A stretch of DNA of 64,000 nt from a candidate division WWE3 bacterium RIFCSPHIGHO2_01_FULL_40_23 (lineage in GTDB: Bacteria; Patescibacteriota; WWE3; UBA101185; 2-01-FULL-41-18): NCBI GenBank assembly GCA_001772615.1, contig MEUZ01000001.1, positions 189,483-253,482 on the forward strand, read 5' to 3'. The position numbers and the translations under genes were made by a program. Under the pieces are notes generated by a model. It was not told where the DNA came from and ran no database searches. It worked only from the letters and a program-made list of their open reading frames with translations. Positions 1 through 10,128 of the stretch are shown in pieces. Numbering within the stretch: position 1 is the first letter of the stretch; each line of letters begins with the position of its first letter.

Positions 1-1
1 A

Positions 2-1093
2 AGGAAAGGGCACATCATAATTGATAAGGTAACGGACCCTGCAAACGACACACAAATCTTTAACTTTGATGCCACGGGCGGTGACTACGCGGACTTTAGC
101 TTAACTGATCAAGATACACCAAATGACCAGGAGTTAGCCCCTGGTAGCTATTCCGTAGATGAAACAGTTCCGGCAGGATGGGTAAAAACGGATGTAACCT
201 GCAATGACTTACAGGATCCCGCAAGCCTCACTCTAACTGCGGGGGAAACCATAACATGCACATTTACAAACACTAAAGAAGGAAGCATTAATATAATAAA
301 AGACGCAAGCCCTAATGACCTTTCCGATTTTAACTTTAACGGGACATTAGGCATATTTACTCTTGATGATGATACGGGAGTTTTTGGCGCAGATGATGTA
401 AACGCTAATAATAAATTGTTTGAACACCTTCTTCCCGGCTCATACCTGTTTGAAGAAACTCTTCCAAACTCATTCTGGACACTGGAAGAAATTACCTGCA
501 AAGACTTGGGTACCGGTGACCCTCTTTCTTTCACAACCACGGGAGCGGGAGTAACGGTTGACCTTCTAGCAGGGAAAAATGTAGAGTGTACTTTCTTAAA
601 CACCAAGCCAAGCCCAACCAGAACACAGGGCTTCTGGCAGACGCATACCAACTTCACAAGCGAGGTGTTCCAAACCGTACTGGCAAGTCCAATGCCAATA
701 GGTATATCCCCTCACAAAGGCCTTATCACCACCCCCAAACAACTTTTTGGGGCTTACTATTCAAGCATTCCTAAAAAATCCGACGGCACCAAGAGATCTC
801 CTTTGGATCAGGCGCGAATGCAGCTTCTGCAGCAGCTTGTAACGGCTAAATTAAATTGCGCCGCGTTCGGATGCGCTGCCTCCGCTCTTTCACTTATAAC
901 CACAGCCGACACTAACTATGCCGGAACCGACAAAGCCGCAATCCTCGCCTCCGCTTCCGCACTTGACACTTTTAATAACAGCGGCGATACCATAATAATA
1001 TCCCCGCCGCTTCCATCCCCCGGCAAAGCGACACCAACAGATTCTAAAAATCTTGCGGCAGGCGCCGGCATACAATTCTGGGACACCCCTTAG
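2..1093 (+). CDS. 5'-truncated secreted/surface protein with tandem prealbumin/SpaA-like beta repeats
   Basis: Frame is open from base 2 (RKGHIIIDKVTDP...) through the 416..1093 ORF; repeated unit G.III.K...PGSY..DE..P..W....TC...L.AG..(I/V).CTF.NTK. Confidence 0.7.
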   Translation, partial: RKGHIIIDKVTDPANDTQIFNFDATGGDYADFSLTDQDTPNDQELAPGSYSVDETVPAGWVKTDVTCNDLQDPASLTLTAGETITCTFTNTKEGSINIIKDASPNDLSDFNFNGTLGIFTLDDDTGVFGADDVNANNKLFEHLLPGSYLFEETLPNSFWTLEEITCKDLGTGDPLSFTTTGAGVTVDLLAGKNVECTFLNTKPSPTRTQGFWQTHTNFTSEVFQTVLASPMPIGISPHKGLITTPKQLFGAYYSSIPKKSDGTKRSPLDQARMQLLQQLVTAKLNCAAFGCAASALSLITTADTNYAGTDKAAILASASALDTFNNSGDTIIISPPLPSPGKATPTDSKNLAAGAGIQFWDTP

Positions 1094-1116
1094 CTTTCCC
1101 TTATCCAACCTAACAT

Positions 1117-1145
1117 TTGACTCATTAGCACCCCATAGTTATAAT
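1117..1145 (+). promoter_or_regulatory. sigma70-type promoter
   Basis: TTGACT-17 bp-TATAAT upstream of AAAAGGAG RBS and ATG 1200. Confidence 0.7.
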
Positions 1146-1199
1146 TTTTAAACTTTCCGTGATTTGGCGGAAAATCACACACCTAAAAGGAGAAAGACG

Positions 1200-2801
1200 A
1201 TGAAGTCAAAAAAGCTTGTCCTACTGCTTTTGGCGGTAGTTGCTGGGATTTTGCTTTCGGCATGCTTTGGCCAGGCTACCATTACCAGCAAGTATTTCAA
1301 ACGGGACGAAAACTACACCACCGCTCTTGAGAACCCGGAGCTCGTGGAAATGCTCCGCGAAGGTGATTTATCTGCTGATGAGGCAGTACAGTTCGCTGAC
1401 AAGTGGGCTTCTTCGAAGTACAAGATCTCCAGCACCGCACAAAGCGGCTATGAGATCAAAGAACGCTTATCAATTCCTTACCGGAGTGTCGGCGTTCTTC
1501 ATGTTGGGCCTTATGTTGTAGTCCTGCCACCAAGGACGTACATCAACATCCCAACCGGCGACGATGAGTTGCAACCTGTACCAGCCTTATGCATTGATCC
1601 GGGAAAAATCGCCTGGCACTTCAACTTGGAAGGCCAACGCGAGGTCCTGGCGGCTCAGGCGGAATGCTATCTCAAACCGATGGAGGGCTGGACCATTGAG
1701 GACGCCCTCGCAGTCAACACCGGCCAGGTGGCATGGCGGCTCAAAGAGGACGGATCCACTGAAACCAAGACAGAGGTAGGAGTCTACCCCACAGAATTCT
1801 TGAAAGACTGGAAGGTAGAAAACTATCTCGTGGTCGAGCCGGGCAGTGTTGCTTATCGGCTTACGGAGGACGGGAACTTTGAATTCCGCACCCCAAATCC
1901 GGGGGTCTATCCAACCGAGATTGAATCCAGGTGGAACAAGGTAACTGCAGTGCAGATCGGCCCGAATGAGTTTGGTATTTACGTCAAGACCGACCGTTCG
2001 CTGGTCTATCTTGCACCAGGTGTTCACTATGAGGTAGTAGCGGATTTTGTGAATGTCTACCCTGTGGATGAACTCCGATACTGCACTCTTGCCACGGACG
2101 TTTACCTTGCAGACACCAGCCCGGAGTCGCAGGCGTGCTCCTCGACACTTTGCGGTACGATAATCGACAAGATTGTGATAAGCGGGACACAGCGCCTTGC
2201 GGCATTCAATGTTGACACCGGGTTCATCTTCGAAAACCCAGGATCCAACCCGCTGGCTCTTGACAAGTATCTAAATCTCGGCAAAGTAATGTCGGCTATC
2301 AGGGACTACGTGGAAGGGCCAAATCGCGAGGCCGTGCGGTCCGTTGGCACGGACATGACCCAACAGGTCCTGGAAACTGAAGCCGGCAAGACCGAGTTTG
2401 AACAGCGTGTCATCGCTAAGGTTCAAGGTGAAATTGACCGAAAGGACGTTCCGATCAAAATTACCTACGTCAACCTGCGTTCACGCAATTTTAATGACGA
2501 GGATCTTCGGCAAGCGGCGGCCAAAGCGGAGGTTGAACTTCAGGAGGAGAATGCCCGCATCCGGGTGGCACAAGCCCAGGTAGCGGCGCTTGAGGCTGAA
2601 ACCCTGGCGCTCAAAGCTCTTCAGGAGCAGATCCGGGCTAAGATGGCAAGCGTCACTCAAGTGGTTGATGTTGCCAACGGGGTAAGCTGTACCGAACTTG
2701 CCCTCCTCAACGCCGTTGGGGTTATTGAAGTTGAGTGGGACAAAGTTCCCAAAGAAATGTGCCAGAGCGGGAACACGAACATCACGGTAACTGCTCCTTA
2801 A
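1200..2801 (+). CDS. lipoprotein with tandem beta repeats, SPFH/Band-7-like domain and coiled coil
   Basis: Lipobox LLSAC; repeats V.PG...Y.....G......PGVY; SPFH-like AVRSV...EFEQRV...IKITYVNLR followed by Ala/Glu coiled coil; ATG 1200 after AAAAGGAG. Confidence 0.65.
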   Translation: MKSKKLVLLLLAVVAGILLSACFGQATITSKYFKRDENYTTALENPELVEMLREGDLSADEAVQFADKWASSKYKISSTAQSGYEIKERLSIPYRSVGVLHVGPYVVVLPPRTYINIPTGDDELQPVPALCIDPGKIAWHFNLEGQREVLAAQAECYLKPMEGWTIEDALAVNTGQVAWRLKEDGSTETKTEVGVYPTEFLKDWKVENYLVVEPGSVAYRLTEDGNFEFRTPNPGVYPTEIESRWNKVTAVQIGPNEFGIYVKTDRSLVYLAPGVHYEVVADFVNVYPVDELRYCTLATDVYLADTSPESQACSSTLCGTIIDKIVISGTQRLAAFNVDTGFIFENPGSNPLALDKYLNLGKVMSAIRDYVEGPNREAVRSVGTDMTQQVLETEAGKTEFEQRVIAKVQGEIDRKDVPIKITYVNLRSRNFNDEDLRQAAAKAEVELQEENARIRVAQAQVAALEAETLALKALQEQIRAKMASVTQVVDVANGVSCTELALLNAVGVIEVEWDKVPKEMCQSGNTNITVTAP

Positions 2802-2825
2802 GTTACTCCTCTCCAATGATACAGA

Positions 2826-2858
2826 CCCGGGGTTTTATCAAACGACCCCGGGCTTTTT
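2826..2858 (+). terminator. intrinsic terminator
   Basis: CCCGGGG...CCCCGGG stem followed by T-run. Confidence 0.7.
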
Positions 2859-2917
2859 ACACTTCCTTAGTTCAAACCCACTTGGCTGTCAAAAAAACAA
2901 ACCTTATAATCCAGTCA

Positions 2918-3271
2918 ATGATTATCACCAAGAAAAATCCTTTTACAAAAGAAGAAATACAAAAATTACGGGATCTATTTGATACTTACATAAAGATAGT
3001 AATAGATATTGAAAATGAGATATGTTCAGCAGGTTGCGACAGACATTTCAAATCTGAAAAGATTCTTCTTGATGCGGACTCGCTTCAGGAAAATATCTGG
3101 GGCGGGGGCATTGATCTTGAAACAAAGATTATTGATTTTAACTCCTTTATAAATATCCGGCCAAATGATAATAATACAAGTAATGAAATTCAAAACGGGA
3201 AAATAAGAGGAAAATATGAAAAGTTAACAAAATATTTTTTCAGAGAAATGTATGAACGACACACAACTTAA
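2918..3271 (+). CDS. DUF5674-family protein
   Basis: YIKIVIDIE...GCDRH...LLD.DS.QENIWGGG...FNSFINIRP pattern; start moved to ATG 2918, 7 nt after TATAAT. Confidence 0.7.
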   Translation: MIITKKNPFTKEEIQKLRDLFDTYIKIVIDIENEICSAGCDRHFKSEKILLDADSLQENIWGGGIDLETKIIDFNSFINIRPNDNNTSNEIQNGKIRGKYEKLTKYFFREMYERHTT

Positions 3272-3542
3272 GCTTGCATCAATTTCAATGGACCTTAAGC
3301 GGGTTGCGCTTTCCTATTATAGAAACTCAAACGCAACGGCTCAAACGTTTTCCAAAGAGGCTTTAAAAAGATCAAACGAAATAAACATAAAAAGTCTGAA
3401 GCCTTATCTTGCGAAAATATTAGCAAATCTGAAAACAATACTTAACCAAAAAGACAAATTGAAGGTTGCGGAAGACGCACTCATGTATAGTACTATCTTG
3501 CAAAACAGTGTTACCTCTTCGGAAGAAAAAACCGACCTGTAA
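3252..3542 (+). CDS. small helical hypothetical protein, translationally coupled to the DUF5674 gene
   Basis: 96-aa ORF overlapping the upstream stop; SMDLKRVA...AEDALMYSTILQN. Confidence 0.65.
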   Translation: MNDTQLKLASISMDLKRVALSYYRNSNATAQTFSKEALKRSNEINIKSLKPYLAKILANLKTILNQKDKLKVAEDALMYSTILQNSVTSSEEKTDL

Positions 3543-3557
3543 CTTTACTGCTGGGGC

Positions 3558-4535
3558 TTATTTCTCATCCTCAAAAAAATCCATTATCACCTTGCTTGTG
3601 TCAAAGGTATTCTCCTCTTTCGGGAATCTGTGCCAGTCGTGGCCCCATCCGCTAAGAATGAATTGATAAACCGCAGTGCCATCCTTACATTTTTCATAAA
3701 ACTGTAAAGTCACTTCTTTGCCTTCCTTCCCCATCTCGCCTCCACATTCGTTTAACTCATTCCATTTTTTAATGGTCTCATTTGCGGAATAAATCCATAC
3801 ACCAGTTGGGGTTGTCCATCCGTAATAAGAAGGATCCTGTGTTCCCAAAATAAACATAATTGACCTTGCCTTTTCGGGCTTGCAGGAATTAGACAAATTT
3901 CCGGGGAAACCCGCGCCGACTGCAGCAAAAGCCTTAAAACTTTGGGACTCCTCGCAGGCTATTTTATGAACCAGATAACCACCTGCGGAAAAACCGGTTG
4001 CATAAAATCTATTCTCATCAACTGCAAACCTTTCTTTAATTTCTTTAATAAGATTACGGATAAAAAGCATTTCATCCAAACCTTCATAATCACCTTGCGC
4101 AATTCCCCTTCCATCGGCCCACCTCGCCCCATAACCATCAGGATAAACTACCAAAAAATCGTTTTCTTCGGAAATATCAGAAAACCCCGTGTACTTTTCA
4201 ATGTTTTTCGCGTTATCGCCCCCTCCATGAAATACAAAAAGCACCGGAGCTTTTGTTTTTCTATTGTAAGATTTTGGAACATGTACAAAATAAGATCTGT
4301 TAAAATTTCCCGATTTTAAAGTTTTTACCACACCGCTTTCCTCAATATTTAATTTCGTAAGCCTTGCATTTTCCTTATTAGCTTCCTCCTCCATTCTTTC
4401 CTTAATAGCTTTTTCAGCCTCTCTAGTTGCTTTATAAACTTTTTGTCTCCAGTACAACAACAAAGTCCCTTCAACGAGACCTGTAAACAAAACCAGTATT
4501 AAAATAGTAAGGACGATTCTTTTTCCACTTTCCAT
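3558..4535 (-). CDS. membrane-anchored PHB-depolymerase/LpqC-like esterase (alpha/beta hydrolase)
   Basis: N-terminal TM helix, FVFHGGG, VVYPDG, GFSAGG nucleophile elbow, GHDW; start taken at ATG 4535. Confidence 0.8.
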   Translation of the reverse strand: MESGKRIVLTILILVLFTGLVEGTLLLYWRQKVYKATREAEKAIKERMEEEANKENARLTKLNIEESGVVKTLKSGNFNRSYFVHVPKSYNRKTKAPVLFVFHGGGDNAKNIEKYTGFSDISEENDFLVVYPDGYGARWADGRGIAQGDYEGLDEMLFIRNLIKEIKERFAVDENRFYATGFSAGGYLVHKIACEESQSFKAFAAVGAGFPGNLSNSCKPEKARSIMFILGTQDPSYYGWTTPTGVWIYSANETIKKWNELNECGGEMGKEGKEVTLQFYEKCKDGTAVYQFILSGWGHDWHRFPKEENTFDTSKVIMDFFEDEK

Positions 4536-4721
4536 ATTTCTGTCTGCAAAAATAGCCGAGGTCTCTCCTGATTGTGTTTTGGAAATGATAACAAAGTGCT
4601 TACTTTTAAGCAAAGCTATAGGATTAGCTCATTCGGGCCAATACCCAAACCGATTTTTCAAACACCCTTTTCTATACTAAAATGCTCACTAACATAAGGA
4701 AATGCGAAAAGGAGGATTGAG

Positions 4722-5006
4722 ATGTTTAAGAAGCTTACGGCAGTACTGGCTGGCGTCACTGTTTTTGCCGTCACCATGGCGGCAGGGACGGGGTTCCTAG
4801 CCAAAGTCCTGGGTTTGCCCCTAAAGATGTTTGTGGCTAAAGCTGTCATTGCCACTACTCTTTTGGGAATGGGGGCATACTCCGCTGAAATAAGATTCTT
4901 CGCCACAGTATGGGCGGTTCTTTTTGTGGCGGCGACCCTGCTAAGCGCGGGTGTTGTTTACCTTGCCTGGGGAGCGCAAAACGAACCTGATTACCACATT
5001 CTGTAA
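4722..5006 (+). CDS. small membrane protein (solo GC-richer gene)
   Basis: AAAAGGAGG RBS, hydrophobic 94 aa, terminator downstream. Confidence 0.65.
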   Translation: MFKKLTAVLAGVTVFAVTMAAGTGFLAKVLGLPLKMFVAKAVIATTLLGMGAYSAEIRFFATVWAVLFVAATLLSAGVVYLAWGAQNEPDYHIL

Positions 5007-5034
5007 AAAAGGGGGAGGATGTGATGTGCCATTC

Positions 5035-5072
5035 AACCGGATCCGAAAACTCCCAGAGGATCCGGTTTTTTT
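5035..5072 (+). terminator. intrinsic terminator
   Basis: AACCGGATCC...GGATCCGGTT plus T-run. Confidence 0.7.
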
Positions 5073-5084
5073 ATTCAGAACTCA

Positions 5085-7043
5085 TCACTTCTTATTTTCG
5101 CACTTAAGGGGGGGCTTTTCTTCAGGCTTAAGGCCACATCCTTCCGGAATAGTTATTGCTGTGGAACCTCTCTCCATAACCTCGTCACACTTCAAGTAAT
5201 TCCAGGCAAAAGTCCTTAAATTCTTCTTCATAAGAACCTCGCACTCATAAATATTTGTGGAGAGTAGAAGTTTTTGCATATATAACTGGTTTAAACAATT
5301 ATTGTCATCGGCTCCCAGTATCTGGGCTTCCGCCATTTCATTGGCCACCGTACTTTTGGATTGTTCTTTATATCTTACGTCGTCAATCAATACCTGGGCT
5401 CCAAGCTCCATCAACTCTTGCACTAAATCCCATCTTCCAATGCGGCCGGCAACTTCTATCGCGGCCTCAATCTGCCATATATTCGCCGTGCATTTAAATC
5501 GTAGAGGAAATGTCGCCCTGTCGGTCAATGCCTTCAGGGCTTTCTTGTCCGCTTCTGATGGATTAGGACCAAGAGGTGTGTAATCAGGTTCATATTTTGG
5601 ATTACTCTCCGCGTATGCTATCCTCTCCGTGAATAAAGAAGAGGTATCTTTATTTAAATTTTCCAGCTTAACAGAAGAAAAAAGTTCAGGACTCCCATAA
5701 ACCCATGCCAAAAGCATCATGTAATCGTTCATTTCCGGATCATAATCGTCACTGATAAACTGATTGATATCATCCCTAATGTTTTTAACCATTTCTTTTC
5801 TTATCTTGGTCGCGTCCTTGTAGCCTTCCTCCTCCATTCTTCTTATCTGAAAAACCGCGGTTAGAGATTCATATCCTCTTGAATGTGAGCTTGTTCCTGC
5901 TTTTTCAAATTTTTCTTTCAAGTCTTCGTCCACATCTGTCTTCATTTCCTCAATATCTTGAGTCAAAGAAGAAACGCTTAGAGCTACATCCTTAGCTTCA
6001 TTCTCGCCCATCAGCCCACCGGCATTGTCTTTCGCCTTATTCAAATATGCCTCAAAATTTTTAAGTGTCGCCGCAGCTTTAAAACTGTCATAAAGGTCTT
6101 CCTCCACCTGAAACGCCTTCTGAATATGCCCATAAGACACGGGCTCATTAAAAAAGATGTCATTGCTCACTGCATGAGTCACCGCTTCTATCCTTGGGAT
6201 TGAATAGTTCTGCCTGTTGGCTCTAACTACATCCGTTAAAACATCTTTGGTCAATTTAATGGGAATATAAGTGGCTTGTGTTGTGACTTGAGATACCAAG
6301 AGGCCGTCATAACCTATCGGGATGGTCGTGTTCATAAACATCAGATCATTAAACTCAACACTTCTTACTGGGGAAACAACAGCGTATTTTCTATTGGTAT
6401 GCTCGCTTAATGGAATTCTTTTAATAAAAGCGCATCCCGCGGGATTAAAATAAGGCGATAAAGGCATGCAGAAAAAATTAAGTTTATCATCCTCAATTAT
6501 TTCCTTAACGGTCTTTCCTTGATCAAGATCAAAAACGAGATATACCGGATCAATGCCTTCAAAATGGGCGGTTTCTGATTCAAAGTCAACTCCATAGCCA
6601 AAATCGGTTGGAAGAGCCGGTGCCCTTTCGCTTGTAGGCATGGAAAAATACGGCGTCATTCTATATACCTCCCCGCCCGCTGCATAGCCTGGAGGAATTA
6701 CTAAATAAGCCTTAACATTATTTGCAAGCTCTGCGACAAACACTCCTCCTTTTTGTTCTAAAGGTCCGTTTACAATAAAGTCATCTTTGATTTCGCCAAA
6801 AGGAAAGTCTTCTTCCGCATTCCCCCTCACTCTTTCGGTTGCCGATTTCTCCTCAAGAGTTATCTCTCCACCTGTGGTCTTTAAACTTTTAAGCTTTTTA
6901 AGGGAAGGGAGTTTGTCTTTGACTGCAGGAAACAAAAAATAGCCACCGGCAACCAGGGTTATAAGGATCAGAATTACAACTAAAACAGGCACAAGGGCAA
7001 ATCCGTTTCTCTTTTCCTTATTAAATTCTTGGGCAGGCTTCAT
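5085..7043 (-). CDS. large membrane-anchored hypothetical protein with prepilin-like N-terminus
   Basis: 652-aa ORF; KRNG|FALVPVLVVILILITLV. Confidence 0.75.
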   Translation of the reverse strand: MKPAQEFNKEKRNGFALVPVLVVILILITLVAGGYFLFPAVKDKLPSLKKLKSLKTTGGEITLEEKSATERVRGNAEEDFPFGEIKDDFIVNGPLEQKGGVFVAELANNVKAYLVIPPGYAAGGEVYRMTPYFSMPTSERAPALPTDFGYGVDFESETAHFEGIDPVYLVFDLDQGKTVKEIIEDDKLNFFCMPLSPYFNPAGCAFIKRIPLSEHTNRKYAVVSPVRSVEFNDLMFMNTTIPIGYDGLLVSQVTTQATYIPIKLTKDVLTDVVRANRQNYSIPRIEAVTHAVSNDIFFNEPVSYGHIQKAFQVEEDLYDSFKAAATLKNFEAYLNKAKDNAGGLMGENEAKDVALSVSSLTQDIEEMKTDVDEDLKEKFEKAGTSSHSRGYESLTAVFQIRRMEEEGYKDATKIRKEMVKNIRDDINQFISDDYDPEMNDYMMLLAWVYGSPELFSSVKLENLNKDTSSLFTERIAYAESNPKYEPDYTPLGPNPSEADKKALKALTDRATFPLRFKCTANIWQIEAAIEVAGRIGRWDLVQELMELGAQVLIDDVRYKEQSKSTVANEMAEAQILGADDNNCLNQLYMQKLLLSTNIYECEVLMKKNLRTFAWNYLKCDEVMERGSTAITIPEGCGLKPEEKPPLKCENKK

Positions 7044-7200
7044 TTAAATTAAGACTAGCACCACCTTAAGTACAGTTCAATAATCTGCCCACTGTGAAAA
7101 TCTTTTATAAAATTTGTAAACCACAGAACACTCACAAGCCCATAGTGTTGCATTTTGATAAGAGTCTTTTATAATAGCTTAACTACAAAAGGAGAGTGAC

Positions 7201-7587
7201 ATGCAAAAAATGATCTGGAGGCCGCAACCGAAGACATGGGGCGTATTTGCGGTTGAGATAGTTGATGATGATAAGTCAGTCAAAGGTGAGGAGCCGGCCA
7301 AACTCGTGCGAATCATCAGCGTGATTGAACCCACAACTGCAGGCATTACCGTTTATCGCAAATGGGATGTCAGAACAGCCCCGGTAAGTGAGCTTTCGGA
7401 CTGCCGGCATCCAATTGAGCGCTACGATCGCTCGGGGGCGGTCATCCTGTGCTCTCACTGTGGTGATCAGCGTGCAACTGCCGCGGAGCGCGATGTCCAC
7501 GGGCGCAAAGGCGTGACGTTCTACTGGGACGGCACAACCTACGTGGAGGTTGATATCCAAACAGGGGAACCGGTAGAAAGCGAGTAG
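7201..7587 (+). CDS. hypothetical protein, possible Zn-ribbon (solo GC-richer gene)
   Basis: AAAAGGAG RBS; CRH...CSHCG; TTGCAT..TATAAT upstream; hairpin 7596-7636 downstream. Confidence 0.6.
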   Translation: MQKMIWRPQPKTWGVFAVEIVDDDKSVKGEEPAKLVRIISVIEPTTAGITVYRKWDVRTAPVSELSDCRHPIERYDRSGAVILCSHCGDQRATAAERDVHGRKGVTFYWDGTTYVEVDIQTGEPVESE

Positions 7588-7713
7588 ACCAACCAAACGC
7601 CTGAATAAGATACAACTCTTACCAGGCGTTATTTTTATATAAATAATCTGGTATCCTTAACACCAGAAAAAAGGAGCCCGGTTTGCTCAAAAAATCATTG
7701 ACTATTATCTTTT

Positions 7714-7980
7714 ATGAAGCACGTTAATATAAAAATCTTTGGTGATGTTCAGGGGGTGTTTTTCAGATACTCCTCACTCCTTAAAGCAAAAGAGTTTAAT
7801 ATAAAAGGCTTTGTAAGAAACGAACCGGATGGAACGGTTTACATTGAAGTTGAAGGGGAGGAGGAAAATCTTGATAAGTTTACGCAGTGGTGCAGGAGCG
7901 GACCGCAGAGCGCAACGGTTAAGAAAGTGGAAGAAGCCGAGGGAGAGCTTAAAAACTTTGAATCTTTTATCACATTGTAA
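7714..7980 (+). CDS. acyP: acylphosphatase
   Basis: GDVQGVFFR, GFVRNEPDGTV, W.RSGP motifs. Confidence 0.93.
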   Translation: MKHVNIKIFGDVQGVFFRYSSLLKAKEFNIKGFVRNEPDGTVYIEVEGEEENLDKFTQWCRSGPQSATVKKVEEAEGELKNFESFITL

Positions 7981-8089
7981 CTAAGCACTCTGTTACCCAT
8001 AGGAGTAGGATCCTATAGTTTGCGTTTGTATTCCTGTCCGTTATAATTCATATAATCCAAACCAACAAAAGTGAAGAAAGGATAAAGAG

Positions 8090-8497
8090 ATGAAAGGCAA
8101 AAGTATTACAGAAAGAATCTTTGGGATGGGCACACTCTTGCTGGCCTTGATTGCCGTCGTGGGAGTACTGGCGCTTGCGACTTGCGCCCCCACACCCCAA
8201 GCAGCGGGAGTGCCGCCCACACAAGCGCCGGAACCGACGCCTGTTAACATGTCCATATCCGAGTACCAATGGTACACCTACTACTACGTCACCGGCCAGT
8301 TTGAAGAAGGGGTCTACAGTCAGTATCAACCAGACTGTGTGGGTTACGTAAGTGGCTGGAAATGTCAGTTCAGTGATCCCATAGGACATGAAATAGTGCT
8401 TAAGAGGAAAACTGGCCGCTTAAGCGAACTTACCAAAATGCCGTGGAACTATATCTGGTACATTCCAAGTGTACCAAAGTCTTACCTGAACAAGTAA
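8090..8497 (+). CDS. secreted/lipoprotein-like hypothetical protein (solo GC-richer gene)
   Basis: Hydrophobic signal ending ALATC, Pro/Thr linker, promoter-like TTGCGT..TATAAT, hairpin 8517-8546. Confidence 0.6.
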   Translation: MKGKSITERIFGMGTLLLALIAVVGVLALATCAPTPQAAGVPPTQAPEPTPVNMSISEYQWYTYYYVTGQFEEGVYSQYQPDCVGYVSGWKCQFSDPIGHEIVLKRKTGRLSELTKMPWNYIWYIPSVPKSYLNK

Positions 8498-8544
8498 GAA
8501 CGAATGAATGGCACTCAACCTGCGGCTAAGCCCCCCGCAGGTTT

Positions 8545-8943
8545 TTACTTCTTTTCAAAATTTAAAGAGGTTGAATTAATGCAGTAGCGTTTGCCGCCTT
8601 TATCGCCGGGCCCGTCATCAAATAAATGTCCGAGATGCCCGCCGCATTTACTACACAAAACCTCAATCCTGTGCATCCCAAAACTGTTATCATCTTTAAG
8701 CTCAAGCTTTCCATCCCCTATTGCGTTCCAGAAACTTGGCCACCCGCACCCCGCGTCATACTTTGTGTCGGAGGAAAAAAGTGTCTCACCACACCCCGCG
8801 CATTTATAAACACCGTTATCAAAAGTCGCGTAATACTCTCCCGTAAAGGGAGGCTCGGTCGCGGAAAGTCTCATTACCTTATACTGCTTTGGTGTGAGCT
8901 TTTCTTTCCAGTATTCTTCGGATTTATTTTGCATATCATCCAT
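8545..8943 (-). CDS. msrB: peptide-methionine (R)-S-oxide reductase
   Basis: TEPPFTG, CxxC pairs, GCGWPSF, HLGHLFDDGP, RYCINS. Confidence 0.96.
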   Translation of the reverse strand: MDDMQNKSEEYWKEKLTPKQYKVMRLSATEPPFTGEYYATFDNGVYKCAGCGETLFSSDTKYDAGCGWPSFWNAIGDGKLELKDDNSFGMHRIEVLCSKCGGHLGHLFDDGPGDKGGKRYCINSTSLNFEKK

Positions 8944-8997
8944 AAAACTATTGTAGCAGAATGAACTTTCCGGAGCCTATTTCAAAAACACCTGGAT

Positions 8998-9068
8998 CTT
9001 ATTGTCATTCCTGCGAAAGCAGGAATCTGGAATTATAGGTCCCGCATCAAGAGCGGGATGACAATAAG
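8998..9068. repeat. REP/dRS3-like palindromic element (double hairpin)
   Basis: CTTATTGTCATTCCTGCGAAAGCAGGAATC...GGTCCCGCATCAAGAGCGGGATGACAATAAG. Confidence 0.85.
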
Positions 9069-9074
9069 CAAGTG

Positions 9075-10061
9075 TCATTCTAAAAGCTTGTCTTCTTTTT
9101 CTTCAAACTTGAGAGAATCTATTTTTCCAAGGAAAGAAGAATAGCGGCTTAACACCCCATCCATAGAACCTCTCGCTCTGTTTAAATGCCCGTCAAGAAC
9201 CGTGAGCTCTCCTCCAAATTTTTCTGTTTCCTTCTTTAAAGTTCCCAGAGCCCCCCATATCTTCCTCGCGTTTTCGGCAAGCTCTTTCTGCTGAAGGCCC
9301 ATTAAAATAACCTGGAGATAATAATAAAAAGTGTTGGGCGATACAAAAAATATCTTTCTATCCCTCGCATAGTTTTCAAGTTCGGGGTTGTTAACAGCCG
9401 TTTCATAATAAACTGATTCCGAGGGGATATACATTAACGCATAGTCTATCGTCCCCTCCGAAGGAAGGATATATTTTTTGGAAATATCATCAACGTGCTT
9501 TTTAACATCCCTTACAAAGACTTTTTTAACGGAACTTCTCTCCTCCTCCGTTTCCGAAGAAATCATCTGCCTGAAATTTTCCATAGGAAATTTTGAATCA
9601 ATGGGAATTAGACCTTTATCGGTTTTTACAACTGCATCAACTTTATCCCCACCTCTAAACATGTACTGCATTTCATAGGAGCTTTTAGGAAGTATTTGTG
9701 AAAGAAGGTCCTCTAAAATCTGCTCCCCAACGTTGCCTCTTGATTTAGGCGATAATAAGGCGTCCTGCAAATCCCTCATACCTTTTGAAAACTCGCTTAC
9801 TTTCCCAAGCTCTTTTTGAACATCCCCCACAACCCTTGCGGCATTGTCAAGCCTATCACCAAGCATTTTATTCTGCTCCATTAAAGTTCTTCTTTGCTCC
9901 GACAGCTCAAGCTCCAAAGTCCCCTTCATACTTTTAAGCCACTCCATAAGCACCTTCTCCGATTCACTTTCCCCTTTAAGCTTTTTAATTTCCCTTGCTA
10001 AAAAGATGAAAAGAAGAACAAAACCTAAAGCTAAAATTAAAATTGTTAAAGTATTATCCAT
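9075..10061 (-). CDS. rmuC: DNA recombination protein RmuC
   Basis: RGNVGEQILE, IPIDSKFP, HVDDISKKYI, MYIPSESVY, VSPNT. Confidence 0.93.
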   Translation of the reverse strand: MDNTLTILILALGFVLLFIFLAREIKKLKGESESEKVLMEWLKSMKGTLELELSEQRRTLMEQNKMLGDRLDNAARVVGDVQKELGKVSEFSKGMRDLQDALLSPKSRGNVGEQILEDLLSQILPKSSYEMQYMFRGGDKVDAVVKTDKGLIPIDSKFPMENFRQMISSETEEERSSVKKVFVRDVKKHVDDISKKYILPSEGTIDYALMYIPSESVYYETAVNNPELENYARDRKIFFVSPNTFYYYLQVILMGLQQKELAENARKIWGALGTLKKETEKFGGELTVLDGHLNRARGSMDGVLSRYSSFLGKIDSLKFEEKEDKLLE

Positions 10062-10128
10062 AAAGATAGCTAATAAAAGCAGTTCTAAAGGTTATGAAAT
10101 AAAAAGATTCCGTGTATCATTTTAGCAT

